A stretch of 64,000 nucleotides of DNA from an uncultured Candidatus Poseidoniales archaeon (GTDB lineage: Archaea; Thermoplasmatota; Poseidoniia; Poseidoniales; Poseidoniaceae): the NCBI GenBank assembly GCA_963997415.1, contig CAXEMN010000003.1:804-64803 (forward strand), given 5' to 3'. Shown here in pieces: positions 18,208 to 28,524 of the stretch. A program made the translations under genes and the position numbers. The notes under the pieces were generated by a model. That model saw only the letters and a list, made by a program, of their open reading frames with translations. It was not told where the DNA came from and ran no database searches. The number at the start of each line of letters is the position of its first letter. Positions within the stretch are counted from its first letter, which is position 1.

Positions 18208-19920
18208 ATGTCATGGTCACCCGATGAAGCAACCCTCGCTGCCTTCAGACATCTGGCGTTGCAAAACGCAATTGAGTATGAAGGAAAAGCAGCACCGGGC
18301 TCTGTCATTGGCCGACTTATGGGCACCAGAGCAGATTTGCGCCCTCATGGAAAGGTGATTTCACCCCTGATCGCAAAGGCCGTGGCCGAAGCAAATGCTA
18401 TGGCTGCGTCTGATGGCCTTGATGCATTACGGGACATTTTGGAAAAGGAAGCACCTCACCTTTTGGAAAAGAGGGAGAAAAAGGAACGCCGAGTCGGACT
18501 ACCAGAATTGAAAAATGCTGAGAAAGGTAAGGTTGTTCTCCGCTTTGCACCGAATCCAAATGGGTCGCTTAGTTTTGGTCATGCGCGCGGGATTGTCATC
18601 AATGGAGAGTACGCCAAAGAATGGGATGGTGAACTGATTCTACGCTTTGATGACACTGACACTGTTGTGAAACCGCCCTTGCCTGATGCCTATGGAGAGA
18701 TACCAAAAGAAGCCGAATGGCTCCTTGGTTTTGCACCACATCGAATCGTCATTGCAAGTGACCGTATACCGCAATATTATGAGCACGCAGAAATGATGCT
18801 TAAGCGAGGTTTTGGTTATGTGTGCCAATGCACTGGTGAAGAATTCAAGGTGTTCCGAGTTGACAAAACAGAATGCCCTTGCAGACCTAACTCCTCAGAA
18901 TTAAACATGGAATTGTGGGGCAAAATGCTCGATGGCACCTTCAAGCCTGGCGATGCAGTTGTGAGGGTGAAGACCGACATGACGCTCAAAAATCCCGCAT
19001 TAAGGGATTGGCCAGCGCTCCGAATGCAAGACACTGCTCATCACCCCCACCCCCGCCCCGGCATTGGATCGAAGTATCGAGTTTGGCCTCTTCTCGACTT
19101 TCAGAGTGCAGTTGAAGATCATCTCCAAGGCGTTACACACATCATACGTGGCAAGGATTTGATGGATTCGACTCGTAAGCAGACCTTGCTTTACGGCCAC
19201 TTTGGTTGGACCTATCCAGAGACAATGTATTGGGGCCGAGTCAAAGTCCATGAGTGGGGTGGATTTTCAACTTCGCAAATGCGAAGAGACATTGAGGCCG
19301 GGAAGTTCTCTGGCTGGGATGACCCGAGGTTGCCGACCCTGCAAGCACTCAAACGAAGAGGCATTACTTCCGAAGCATTACGCTCTTTTTGGGTCGAACT
19401 GGGCGTCACACAAAAGGACATTTCAGTTCCACTCTCATCGCTTTTTTCACATAACACAAAGCAGGTGGATGATGAAGCACCACGGCTCGCTTTCGTACGA
19501 AGCCCTGTTTCGGTTCAACTCAAGGGACAACATCCCGAATTCATTGAAATCGATGTGCATCCAAATCACGAAACTATGGGGAAGCGCACATTTGATTTGC
19601 ATTCGAAAACTGTTTGGATTGAGGATGAAGACCTTGGAAAAGGAAACTTACGCTTGAAAGGTTTCGCTGACCTTGACATCGAAGGACTCGAGGCAACAGT
19701 CGTGTCCATCGATCGCAGTGACAACCGTCCAATCATTCACTGGTTAAGTGAGGAACAGAGCCGTCAAGGAAAACTCATCATTGCTCAGGATGGAGAAATC
19801 ATTGAACATGTTGGCCAAATGGAAAGTCATGCCTACCCCGAAGGAACCATCGTTCAGTTGGAACGAATTGGTTATGGTCGAGTCATCGATGAAACCACAA
19901 TTTTGTTCAGTCACTCTTGA
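18208..19920 (+). CDS. gltX: Glutamate--tRNA ligase (archaeal type)
   Basis: RFAPNPNGSLSFGH (HIGH variant), LRFDDTD, VTHIIRGKD, GWDDPRLPTL, QLERIGYGR. Confidence 0.96.
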   Translation: MSWSPDEATLAAFRHLALQNAIEYEGKAAPGSVIGRLMGTRADLRPHGKVISPLIAKAVAEANAMAASDGLDALRDILEKEAPHLLEKREKKERRVGLPELKNAEKGKVVLRFAPNPNGSLSFGHARGIVINGEYAKEWDGELILRFDDTDTVVKPPLPDAYGEIPKEAEWLLGFAPHRIVIASDRIPQYYEHAEMMLKRGFGYVCQCTGEEFKVFRVDKTECPCRPNSSELNMELWGKMLDGTFKPGDAVVRVKTDMTLKNPALRDWPALRMQDTAHHPHPRPGIGSKYRVWPLLDFQSAVEDHLQGVTHIIRGKDLMDSTRKQTLLYGHFGWTYPETMYWGRVKVHEWGGFSTSQMRRDIEAGKFSGWDDPRLPTLQALKRRGITSEALRSFWVELGVTQKDISVPLSSLFSHNTKQVDDEAPRLAFVRSPVSVQLKGQHPEFIEIDVHPNHETMGKRTFDLHSKTVWIEDEDLGKGNLRLKGFADLDIEGLEATVVSIDRSDNRPIIHWLSEEQSRQGKLIIAQDGEIIEHVGQMESHAYPEGTIVQLERIGYGRVIDETTILFSHS

Positions 19921-19967
19921 AATTCAAAAAAGGAAGGCTCATAGAGCCAACCCTATGTCCTCAAGGT

Positions 19968-20378
19968 ATGGCAAAGACCGTGGCAGACTTGAACCTTGAC
20001 GATGAACATATGACCATCGGTATTGAAGACACACTGCAGGAAGGGGCTCGACGAATGTTGACCATCTCTGGTGGAATCGTTGTCGTCCTATCGGATGAGA
20101 ACAAGGTGAGAGGCGTTCTTGGACATACTCAATTCCTCAAAGCAATGGCGGAGGCGGCCGACGTGACAAGTTCCAAATGTGCTGAGTGGATGGAAATGGA
20201 TTTTCTTCAGGTTGAACATACTGACACATTGAAGCATGTGCTTTCCGAAATCAAAAAGCGATCGCCTCAGGCAGTCGTTGCCGTTGACGAGCATGGTGAA
20301 TTCAGCGGGTATTTTTCCCCAGGAGACTACCATGAAGCAAGCAGTTTGGTCTCCACCATGCGCTCAATCGGTCTTTGA
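19968..20378 (+). CDS. CBS-domain pair protein
   Basis: Two CBS-like units (DTLQEGARRM..VVVLSDENKVRGVL; DTLKHVLSEI..VVAVDEHGEFSGYF). Confidence 0.8.
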   Translation: MAKTVADLNLDDEHMTIGIEDTLQEGARRMLTISGGIVVVLSDENKVRGVLGHTQFLKAMAEAADVTSSKCAEWMEMDFLQVEHTDTLKHVLSEIKKRSPQAVVAVDEHGEFSGYFSPGDYHEASSLVSTMRSIGL

Positions 20379-20379
20379 A

Positions 20380-22428
20380 TCAAGCCACGAGTTTGATGAC
20401 GCGTTCACAACCAGCACACGCAAAGCGGAATGGTCGCTCGTCGCTGAGCACGGCATTATTTGTCCCACAAGCTGGGCAAGGTATGCTTGGCGTATCGACC
20501 AAAGCCATCGCATCTTCGCTTAAGCGTATTCTTGGGCTCGATACCGCCGTTATCCACCACAACAAAATTGTGAAACCAACAGCACCACCTACGAACACGG
20601 CAGGATAGGCGAAGAAATGAATCAGAGCAATGATTGGCACCATGATCAATTCAAGCATAAGGATCCTTCGAGATTTTGTCCTCGTCATTCTCAAAGCGAT
20701 GACAAGGCCAGCGAAGAGAGCAAGACCAACACCCAAAGCAAGCGGCATCGGAGCATTGAGTGGGGAATTGGAAGGGATGAAGCTGATGGTGAAATCTTCG
20801 TCTTGATTGAGTCCATCACCCTCAACGGAGACAAATTCGCCCCAAGGATAACGCGATTGTGACACTTTCACCTCTTCAGTTTCCAAGACCTTAGCATCAA
20901 TAAAGGAGGCAAATCCAGAGGATGTGCCTTCAAGCGTGAGAGTGAGGTCTGACCAGAAAGGTGCAGGTTGAACGGTAATGAAACTCCTCAAAAGGACCAT
21001 TTTTTCGTTGCTTTGGATGTTCTCAGAAGTACGGAAAATAAGAGACACTGGGTGGTTGACCACATCTGGTTCACCATGCAAGTCCAATTCAATATCGATG
21101 TTTTCAAAGGCTTTGAAACTCCCAAGAAGTTCCTCAGCATCGATCCCAAGGCCCACGTTGAGGTAATAGGAGCACAGTCCTGATTGAGTCGTTGCTCCAG
21201 TCAGCATTTGCCGTTCGAATTCATTGACTTCAGTTGGTTCAATCGAACGACTGATTCGATCATCATCAGTCACTGCGCCTTCATCGAAACTTTGGAGCAC
21301 TTGTGACAATTCTGTGACTTCATCGCCGATGTGGTCAAGCCCCCAACGCATCCAGAATGCCATTTCATCATCAATGGTTACTGTTGTTTCTCGTGTGAGT
21401 TTCAGAACGCCATCTGCAGAGTCGAGTTCGAAGGTTCCAGTGACGGTGAGTTGACTTCCTTCGCCGTTGGTTTGTAGAGGCTCATCAGGAGGGTAATACG
21501 TACCTGTGCCCCCGGTCGAATCAAAGGTCTCGATCACAAACGATGCCATACCAGAAAGCGTACTGCTCCCTGCTTGTAGAACGAGTTCTACTTTTGCCTC
21601 AACGGTTTCCTCACCGCCTGCAGCATCAAGCCATGTCCATGTGATACGAACGCCATCGCCCTGTGATGTTTCAATTGGATCCCCGTCTAAGAGCACTCCA
21701 TTCACCCTCATATTGAGTGATTCTGAATTTGAGAGAATTTTCGTGCCCCATGAAGAATCGAGGACGACTGAAAAGTACACCTCGGAGCCTTCAACCTCAG
21801 GCTCGAGCAATGTGAGTGACATCAATGGCATTTCCCCTTCAAGCACTGAATCACTGTCTTCACTGCCCCATTGGAATTCAAGTTGGGCCTCTCCAGCAGG
21901 TAGACTGAACACTACGCTTCGAGCAGTGACCGTCAAGACCACATTGCTTGAGGAAGAAATTGTGGTCGTGTCGACATCGATATCGAAACTTAAGGTGCCT
22001 TTGCCTTGGGCCAAAAAGGAACTTCCTGGAGCGGTTTCTGCTGTGAAGGTTTGGGAGCCGATCTGTAATGAGGCAGTTGCGTTGACTTGAGCTCCTGCGG
22101 CATTGGTCACTTCATAGACCATGTCAAAAGTCCACGTTGATGCGGGAACTGTTCCGGGCCAGACATCGGGTAAGGCCCAAGTCCCGACGGTTTCTTCAGA
22201 TGTCACTGCAGTAGCGATGGTTTTCGACATCGTCGTTTCGGACAAATCTTGCATAAAGGGTGAGAGGGTACCGCTGCTTTCAGAGCCGATCAAATGGAGC
22301 GATACATCGACTGAATCACAACAAACGACAGTGTCTTCTGCTTGGGTAAAACCCACCAATGAACTGTTCATTGGCGCCATGATTGCAACCAAAAAAATCG
22401 AAGCAAACAACAATGGACGCCAAGACAT
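20380..22428 (-). CDS. Hypothetical membrane protein: signal peptide, large beta-rich ectodomain, about 3 C-terminal TM helices, terminal Zn ribbon
   Basis: Long ORF ending CPACGTNN...FACAGCERVIKLVA. Confidence 0.75.
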   Translation of the reverse strand: MSWRPLLFASIFLVAIMAPMNSSLVGFTQAEDTVVCCDSVDVSLHLIGSESSGTLSPFMQDLSETTMSKTIATAVTSEETVGTWALPDVWPGTVPASTWTFDMVYEVTNAAGAQVNATASLQIGSQTFTAETAPGSSFLAQGKGTLSFDIDVDTTTISSSSNVVLTVTARSVVFSLPAGEAQLEFQWGSEDSDSVLEGEMPLMSLTLLEPEVEGSEVYFSVVLDSSWGTKILSNSESLNMRVNGVLLDGDPIETSQGDGVRITWTWLDAAGGEETVEAKVELVLQAGSSTLSGMASFVIETFDSTGGTGTYYPPDEPLQTNGEGSQLTVTGTFELDSADGVLKLTRETTVTIDDEMAFWMRWGLDHIGDEVTELSQVLQSFDEGAVTDDDRISRSIEPTEVNEFERQMLTGATTQSGLCSYYLNVGLGIDAEELLGSFKAFENIDIELDLHGEPDVVNHPVSLIFRTSENIQSNEKMVLLRSFITVQPAPFWSDLTLTLEGTSSGFASFIDAKVLETEEVKVSQSRYPWGEFVSVEGDGLNQDEDFTISFIPSNSPLNAPMPLALGVGLALFAGLVIALRMTRTKSRRILMLELIMVPIIALIHFFAYPAVFVGGAVGFTILLWWITAVSSPRIRLSEDAMALVDTPSIPCPACGTNNAVLSDERPFRFACAGCERVIKLVA

Positions 22429-22496
22429 GGTTGTCACTTGGCACGACCAAACGCACATGGCTCATAACATGCACGATGATTCGTGAGTTAAATTGA

Positions 22497-22847
22497 CTAA
22501 AGCGCCTTCTCTAACAATGCACCGAGTTCCTTCTCGAACAGGGATACAACTGCTTCTCCAACTTCGCCTTGAAGGTCATCGGGAAGCAGGCGCAATCCGA
22601 GTCTGGTTGCAGCCCTTGTTGCCTTCAACTCTGCGTACACTGTTCGGGCTTTGGTGTGGAAGTAGTAGGCTACTGCTTCCTTGATTTCTGCTTTGAGTTC
22701 AGGGTCTTCATCGACCTTATTTCGAATATGGGCCTTCAATTCATCCTTGACAAGATCACGGAATGCCTCGATGACGAGGTCCTCTGTTGACATCAATTCC
22801 TGCACTTGGTCGCGGATGCTTCCTGTCAATAGTCGTTCGATGGCCAT
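22497..22847 (-). CDS. Hypothetical alpha-helical protein (116 aa)
   Basis: Clean ORF co-oriented downstream of rps15 and the DHH-like gene; amphipathic helical composition. Confidence 0.75.
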   Translation of the reverse strand: MAIERLLTGSIRDQVQELMSTEDLVIEAFRDLVKDELKAHIRNKVDEDPELKAEIKEAVAYYFHTKARTVYAELKATRAATRLGLRLLPDDLQGEVGEAVVSLFEKELGALLEKAL

Positions 22848-22872
22848 GCTTCAGCCAAGGGGCATCGAGGTT

Positions 22873-23805
22873 TCAATCCGTCGATGGCGATGAAGGAACC
22901 AACGCGCCGTTCATCAGGAAGAAATCTGCTAGTTTGGAAGCATGTACTTTGGCGGCATCTGCTTGTTTTGGCCAATCGTTCATTGCAGTATGAATTTGGC
23001 TCACAACATCGACTGGATGATCCCCATAGAGCAACCGATGCCAGATCAGTTCTTCCAATCGCGGTGTCGAGAGATTTGAATCGGTGAGGCATGGCAAAAC
23101 CAATTCCGATAATGCTTGGGTCCGAGCATCGACATCCATCGTCGGCCATGCTTTTCGTAGACGCTTGAGCATTCGCTCTGAAAGATTTGGAATCATCGCA
23201 TTCGATGGCTGCTCCACATCAGGAAGCGCTACAACACGCAGCGAACCTTCCTCGCTTAATACATCACGAATCGCAGTGTGCACGGGATCAAATGTGGTGT
23301 CGAGTGCCTCCCTCAGCCATAGGCCAGAGCCAGCGAAAGGACGTAGACGCCGAACACGTTGTCCATTCGGTGCCAATGATGCTGCAATTGCCGCGCATTG
23401 AGCGACAACATCAAGCGCTCCTTGTCGACCTTTTTTGCTGGTGCCAAGTCGAACACTCACCGAAAGTGGAGTGATATGGGTCGGTGACCGTTGGGCAATA
23501 TCACCGAGTGCCCAAGTGTCTTCAAACGGATCGAGAAACATCAAACATCCGTTGTCAATGCTTTGAGGCTTGATGACTTCATCCCTTGGTAGCGTCGCTT
23601 GAGGAGGCATAAACCTGCGGACATAGGGAAGACCAACATCGAGGCATGCAGCCTCAATGAAGCACAGACTCAGCACACCAGCTGCATCCGCAGGAGCGTG
23701 AATGTGAATCTGTGGTGCCGTACGCATGAGGTCACAAATCGTGGAGATGAGGGGGCGTATATCCTCGAAAGTCGGTGATGCTAACATGTCCTTCAAAAGC
23801 GCCAC
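22873..23805 (-). CDS. Degenerate DHH/RecJ-like (GAN/Cdc45-related) protein
   Basis: IHIHAPADAAGVLS resembles DHH motif I (H-x-D-x-D-G) with substitutions; directly downstream of rps15, the conserved position of archaeal GAN. Confidence 0.55.
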   Translation of the reverse strand: MALLKDMLASPTFEDIRPLISTICDLMRTAPQIHIHAPADAAGVLSLCFIEAACLDVGLPYVRRFMPPQATLPRDEVIKPQSIDNGCLMFLDPFEDTWALGDIAQRSPTHITPLSVSVRLGTSKKGRQGALDVVAQCAAIAASLAPNGQRVRRLRPFAGSGLWLREALDTTFDPVHTAIRDVLSEEGSLRVVALPDVEQPSNAMIPNLSERMLKRLRKAWPTMDVDARTQALSELVLPCLTDSNLSTPRLEELIWHRLLYGDHPVDVVSQIHTAMNDWPKQADAAKVHASKLADFFLMNGALVPSSPSTD

Positions 23806-23863
23806 CACACATAAGCAAAGGGTGGCTGTTCATCAGCCTGTCGCGTGAACCAGTCGTTTGACT

Positions 23864-24322
23864 TCACTCAACCATCAGGCGGAGTTCGTCACGCTTGTAT
23901 CGCCAGTCAGCAGGCAAGCGGCCTTCACCGATGTAATAGTTGGACAATCGGCGAATTTTTGATTCAGTAATTTCGAGAGAGCGCTTGTTGTGCAGATCCT
24001 TGTGGTTGCCGCTGCCCAAGTGGTTGATGATTGCAACAGCTTGTCGCATGAGGTTCATCATGTCCTCTGGGTAGGTTCCACCGATGTCGTTCTCAGCGAG
24101 AACCGCACCGATGCGCTTTCCAAGAACCAGACGCACATTTGGCACAGCGTGTTGGTCACGGAGAATGGTACCGATTTCAGCAGTGGAATGGCCGGCTCGT
24201 GCAAGGTCGAGAATGAGTTCTGTGACAGCCTTAGCATCAGTGTTTGACCACTCTGGCGCTTCGCTAACAAACGGTCTGTTTGAACCGCTCTTTCCTTTCC
24301 GTGACTTGTACATACGTGCCAT
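23864..24322 (-). CDS. rps15: 30S ribosomal protein S15 (S15P/S13e)
   Basis: MARMYKSRKGKSGS, IGTILRDQH, PEDMMNLM, ESKIRRLSNYY..LPADWRY. Confidence 0.97.
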   Translation of the reverse strand: MARMYKSRKGKSGSNRPFVSEAPEWSNTDAKAVTELILDLARAGHSTAEIGTILRDQHAVPNVRLVLGKRIGAVLAENDIGGTYPEDMMNLMRQAVAIINHLGSGNHKDLHNKRSLEITESKIRRLSNYYIGEGRLPADWRYKRDELRLMVE

Positions 24323-24435
24323 AAGGACAACTCCAAGGAAAACGGCGACTTGTCACCCCTTCTTAATCGCTCCGCTTGTAGCCATCGACAGACGAACACG
24401 ACAAACGATGTACTGCTTGGCCACGTGACGACAAT

Positions 24436-26211
24436 TCATAGACGCTGATGTGACTTTGCGAGGCGGCCGGGCGTGGTTGGCCATTCCCAACCGGGGGCAT
24501 GGGCCCGTGCAAGACCGAGGACTTCTCCGTCTTGATACACCAAGAGATCTGCACCGTTTCGCAGGTCCGCATCAAATCGCTCAACGATCGCTCCAAAAAT
24601 ATCGCCCTTCCATTTCACTCCTGGTTTGAGATGCACAGAGGCGAGTGCATTCGTCTCGGCAAGGGTCTTCACCACTGATTTTGAAAGGGAAAATCCGCCA
24701 CGGTCAATCGACCAAAGAGCAACTTGCTTCCCATTGGATTCCAATCGATAGCGAGGTGGTTTTCCACGGACCTTGAGTTCATTCACCCAGGCATCGGTGT
24801 TCATGGTTTTTCGAGCAACACTCGCAAACGTATCGAGTAACATTCGTTCATTCTTTCGACCACGCGCACTGAATTCGTCAACAGCATCTCTTACTGCCAT
24901 CGATAGCCGTTCCAGTGCATCGTGTCCGCCAGCCCCATCGCCTTGACGAGTATCGATGATCGGAACCGTTGGATGGTGCAAATCCATACCAGAGTGATTG
25001 ATGATCCGCTTGTACTGATGACGTTCAACAAGGGCAGAAAACATCCGTTCTATTCTTGCTTTTTCATCACCAGTCCAATCACCGGTCACTGGAACGTCGT
25101 AATGAGCGGCTGGCCAAACCTCTTCAAGGTCGCGAGGGACCAAGCCAAGCGGAGAAGTTACCATGACTTCGTGACATGCGCTGGTGCCAATAGCACGAAT
25201 AAATCGACCATGAGATTTCGAAAGGCGATATGGTTTACGAGCAGAGCATGGGAGAAGAACAAGAATGGTATCGAGTCCCTTTGGTGCATTGTAAGAATCA
25301 CTCATGAAGGCTTCCCAGTCTGCAATGATTGGATCTGTTTGAATCGAGGCGCTGTGACAGGGGAAGGAATGAGTGCGCGCCACATGAGATGTCAACAAGC
25401 CTGGAACTGTGGCACAAAGTGCATCATGGCGCCTCAAGTGTTCAACAGAACGGGCACTGTTCAACGATTGGCGGTCGACAAGTGCCCGCATTTGATCGCT
25501 GTTCATCGCTGAACGAACCTCTGCAATTGCGGCCTTCCAGTGAGCGACTTGAGCATCCATTGAGGATTCTTCATCCAACGTGGACACACAATGCCGAGGT
25601 CCTTGACTCGTCAAAAGAACGCCGGCTGCCGATGCTTGTCGGCTCCTTGACAGATCGAACAAGTCCACTCCAAACCATGTCAGTAAGGCCACATTATCTG
25701 GCCCGCCAAGACCGGGTGCCCACAATAGAGCTCCGGGGAAACGACGCTTGAGCACCGTGATGGCTTCAACAAGACGGCCGGGTTGGGCGGCAAGTTGGAG
25801 TGCATCGACGAGAACGACAATGTCAGGAAGTAACTCTGGATTCATCAACTCGTCATCGTGATTTAGCCTTTGCCAAGACACAGGCAAAAGTTGGGCTGTA
25901 CCAGCAGGCTCCCCTGCGTCAGCCTCCTCAAGAGACGGTGGGAGGACATGGCCCACAGAGACCTCGTAGCTTGGCCCATTGGTTTCAAAATTTGGTGGGG
26001 CAAGCGGTAGACGGCTCACGAGGCTCAAGGTTGATGGTATGTCTGTGGTACTCGACGAAGAAAAAGGAGCAAATGAGGCATCAACTTCTGGATCACCATC
26101 CAATACGACAAGTGCTGGAGTAAACGCACAGGGGTTTTTCCGATCACCCAAGCCCCAAAGGCGAGCGAAGCGATGTCGAGCGAGAACGCTCCTACCCAAA
26201 CCCTCGCCCAT
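24436..26211 (-). CDS. arcS: Archaeosine synthase alpha subunit (ArcS/TgtA2) with C-terminal PUA-like domain
   Basis: LLPCSARKPYRLSKSH, VTSPLGLVPRDLEEVWPAAHYDVPVTGDW; degenerate TGT-like N-terminus (FGVDLFD). Confidence 0.88.
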   Translation of the reverse strand: MGEGLGRSVLARHRFARLWGLGDRKNPCAFTPALVVLDGDPEVDASFAPFSSSSTTDIPSTLSLVSRLPLAPPNFETNGPSYEVSVGHVLPPSLEEADAGEPAGTAQLLPVSWQRLNHDDELMNPELLPDIVVLVDALQLAAQPGRLVEAITVLKRRFPGALLWAPGLGGPDNVALLTWFGVDLFDLSRSRQASAAGVLLTSQGPRHCVSTLDEESSMDAQVAHWKAAIAEVRSAMNSDQMRALVDRQSLNSARSVEHLRRHDALCATVPGLLTSHVARTHSFPCHSASIQTDPIIADWEAFMSDSYNAPKGLDTILVLLPCSARKPYRLSKSHGRFIRAIGTSACHEVMVTSPLGLVPRDLEEVWPAAHYDVPVTGDWTGDEKARIERMFSALVERHQYKRIINHSGMDLHHPTVPIIDTRQGDGAGGHDALERLSMAVRDAVDEFSARGRKNERMLLDTFASVARKTMNTDAWVNELKVRGKPPRYRLESNGKQVALWSIDRGGFSLSKSVVKTLAETNALASVHLKPGVKWKGDIFGAIVERFDADLRNGADLLVYQDGEVLGLARAHAPGWEWPTTPGRLAKSHQRL

Positions 26212-26295
26212 GGTTTGCCCTGTGGCCTGTGCTTCTTGAAAGATTGGAAACAAATACAGCCCTAAGTTCAAATCAAGTTCCACGCAGCCAAGTCC

Positions 26296-28524
26296 ATGCT
26301 CGGGCGCCATTCATCAGTTCGCGCATGCAGCCTTGTCCTGATTGTGCTGACGATGAATCTAGCAATGCTGCCTGTGACTGCAGAGAGTGAAGGGGGCGAA
26401 CATGCAACTGAAACCCTACGTGACGGGCGCGTCATTGGCATCTTAACCTCCCCAGATCAGACCTATGAGCGTACATGGTTCATTGAACAAGATGAATGGA
26501 TGAGTTTGAGTGTTGATTGCGACCAGTGCACGGTTTTGCTCGAAGTCGATGGCATGACGACAGAAATAACCAATCAAGTGACCTATCAAGCGATTCAAAA
26601 TGGAACAGCGAGCATGAGAATTTCATCACCTGTTGCCGAATTTGTAAGTTATTCCCTGATCGAAAGAATTGACGAGACGAACCCAACCGTTCGCCCAAGT
26701 CCTGGACAAGCGATTGACAGCCAAGATGCTTGGCTTTGCGCTGAAGACAACGGATGCGCAGATCTTCAATCTGGCCTCGAAGCAGTGCCTTCCACGGAAT
26801 TCATCGATGGAGAGTTTGTCTTAGGCGTTGTAGAAAATAATCAAGCAGAATATGTCGCAGTGCCTGCGAATGCAGGTCAAACACTCGAACTCCAATTATT
26901 GCATGCGACCCAAGATTTGTCGGTCCACGTCTACTTCCAAACCGAAACTGAAGTTCAATTGAATGGAAGTTTGTCACAACCTACGGCTTTGGAAACAAAT
27001 TTGCGGCCAGATGCAGAATTCTGGCATGCAGAAGTTGAGGGACGTTTTATTCTCAAAATAGAAAGCGAATCACCTCAAACTGCATACGCTTTGAAGCGAG
27101 TGCTTCACGCACCAGCGCCTTCATCTCAAATGGTGAACATATCACAACAACCGGTTATTGATGGGCATCACCAAGCAGTGGTTATCGTCGAAACAACCGA
27201 TACCGAATCATTCAGCATCCTAGCCCTTCATCGAAATGTCTCTGCCAATGTAGAACAGCTGGTTGATGGGACGTGGCTGTCAGCGAAAGGGTTTGAATTC
27301 ACTGTTGGAACCATGGAGAGGCTCTATCCATATCCAAACGCATCGGCTTTCCGATTCTCCTTCCAAGGTGATCGGTTTGCAGTTGAGGTTTCCACAAGCC
27401 AATTTGATGATCTCGGATCACATCTCGAGGCCCCATCGCAGCGACCGAGCACCCCATTCATGAACAACGAGTCGTGGCCAACCCTTCTAAGGGATACAGA
27501 GCCCATTCAAGGTGAACTTACCCTCGCCATCCACGACACTGCAGATGTGTACAAATTGGAAATCACAGGCTATGAAGATTCGATTCATTTGGTACAAGTC
27601 AGTCTGGTTGGAGCAAATTTAGAAGTTCTACAAATCGATATGTGGGAGCTCGACCAGACCACTTGGGAAACCATCGACACACGCAACGCCCTTCGGGTGA
27701 ATGGTAAGGTCCAGACAGCGCTGGAATTACCTCCGGGGACCCACTTTGTGCGTGTATCCCACAACGATGTGAGCAACGTAACCAATCACTCATGGGGTTT
27801 CCAAGTCGATTCAATCCCTTACATGATCACCACCGCATCGCAAGTGATCGACGAGGGTTATGAGCCGTACTTCCCACCCGATGAAAGCACTGTGAAATGG
27901 GGAGAAGTCGCTCGTTGGTTCATGGGATTGTTGTTCTTAGCACCGTGCATTTATTTCGCAGTGAACTTTTCATCTCAACGCAAGCGTGCATTAGAGATGT
28001 CAACGAAAACCGAACAATTAGCCTGGTTCAAACAACAAATGGACACCGGTGAAATCGAGCCAAACACGTTGCGCAAAACTTTGGATAAATCGTTGCAAGC
28101 CATCGCACAATTGGATTGGGCCACCGCATGCACAACATGGGGGCCAACCGATGGAGAACATCGAACCGATGGGATCGCTATGGCTGCATGGGTCCTCGAC
28201 CAAAGGCTTGCCAAGAGTGAAAATACGCTCCCTGTCATGGTTGGAATTCATGTTGTTGAAGGCCAATGGGAGTTGGCAGCATTACGATTTGATGCTCCAG
28301 AAGGCGAGGCTTACACCATCAAGCGAGTCGAGCCACGATTCTTACACCGTGGCGAGGAGATCTTCCTCGACACCATGAGTGAAGGTAATATCACGTTCTT
28401 GACCGTTGAATTAAGCGGAACGGCAACCTCAGTTGATATCGAGATGAATGGTCGGTGCGATGGGGTTCCATCAGCTGCCAGAATGCCACAGTCGCTCGTC
28501 ATGAACGCTCATGAAGAAGAATGA
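26296..28524 (+). CDS. Hypothetical single-pass membrane protein with PPC-like extracellular domains and a C-terminal domain of about 180 aa
   Basis: Signal peptide; HDTADVYKLEI PPC-like motif; TM WFMGLLFLAPCIYFAVNF. Confidence 0.7.
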   Translation: MLGRHSSVRACSLVLIVLTMNLAMLPVTAESEGGEHATETLRDGRVIGILTSPDQTYERTWFIEQDEWMSLSVDCDQCTVLLEVDGMTTEITNQVTYQAIQNGTASMRISSPVAEFVSYSLIERIDETNPTVRPSPGQAIDSQDAWLCAEDNGCADLQSGLEAVPSTEFIDGEFVLGVVENNQAEYVAVPANAGQTLELQLLHATQDLSVHVYFQTETEVQLNGSLSQPTALETNLRPDAEFWHAEVEGRFILKIESESPQTAYALKRVLHAPAPSSQMVNISQQPVIDGHHQAVVIVETTDTESFSILALHRNVSANVEQLVDGTWLSAKGFEFTVGTMERLYPYPNASAFRFSFQGDRFAVEVSTSQFDDLGSHLEAPSQRPSTPFMNNESWPTLLRDTEPIQGELTLAIHDTADVYKLEITGYEDSIHLVQVSLVGANLEVLQIDMWELDQTTWETIDTRNALRVNGKVQTALELPPGTHFVRVSHNDVSNVTNHSWGFQVDSIPYMITTASQVIDEGYEPYFPPDESTVKWGEVARWFMGLLFLAPCIYFAVNFSSQRKRALEMSTKTEQLAWFKQQMDTGEIEPNTLRKTLDKSLQAIAQLDWATACTTWGPTDGEHRTDGIAMAAWVLDQRLAKSENTLPVMVGIHVVEGQWELAALRFDAPEGEAYTIKRVEPRFLHRGEEIFLDTMSEGNITFLTVELSGTATSVDIEMNGRCDGVPSAARMPQSLVMNAHEEE

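Noticed and set aside
24323-24366. Autoregulatory RNA leader for rps15 (GACAA...TTGTC pairing)
   Set aside because: Only about 5 bp of pairing, and the probable TATA box at 24361-24366 would place the transcript start within or after the 5' arm.
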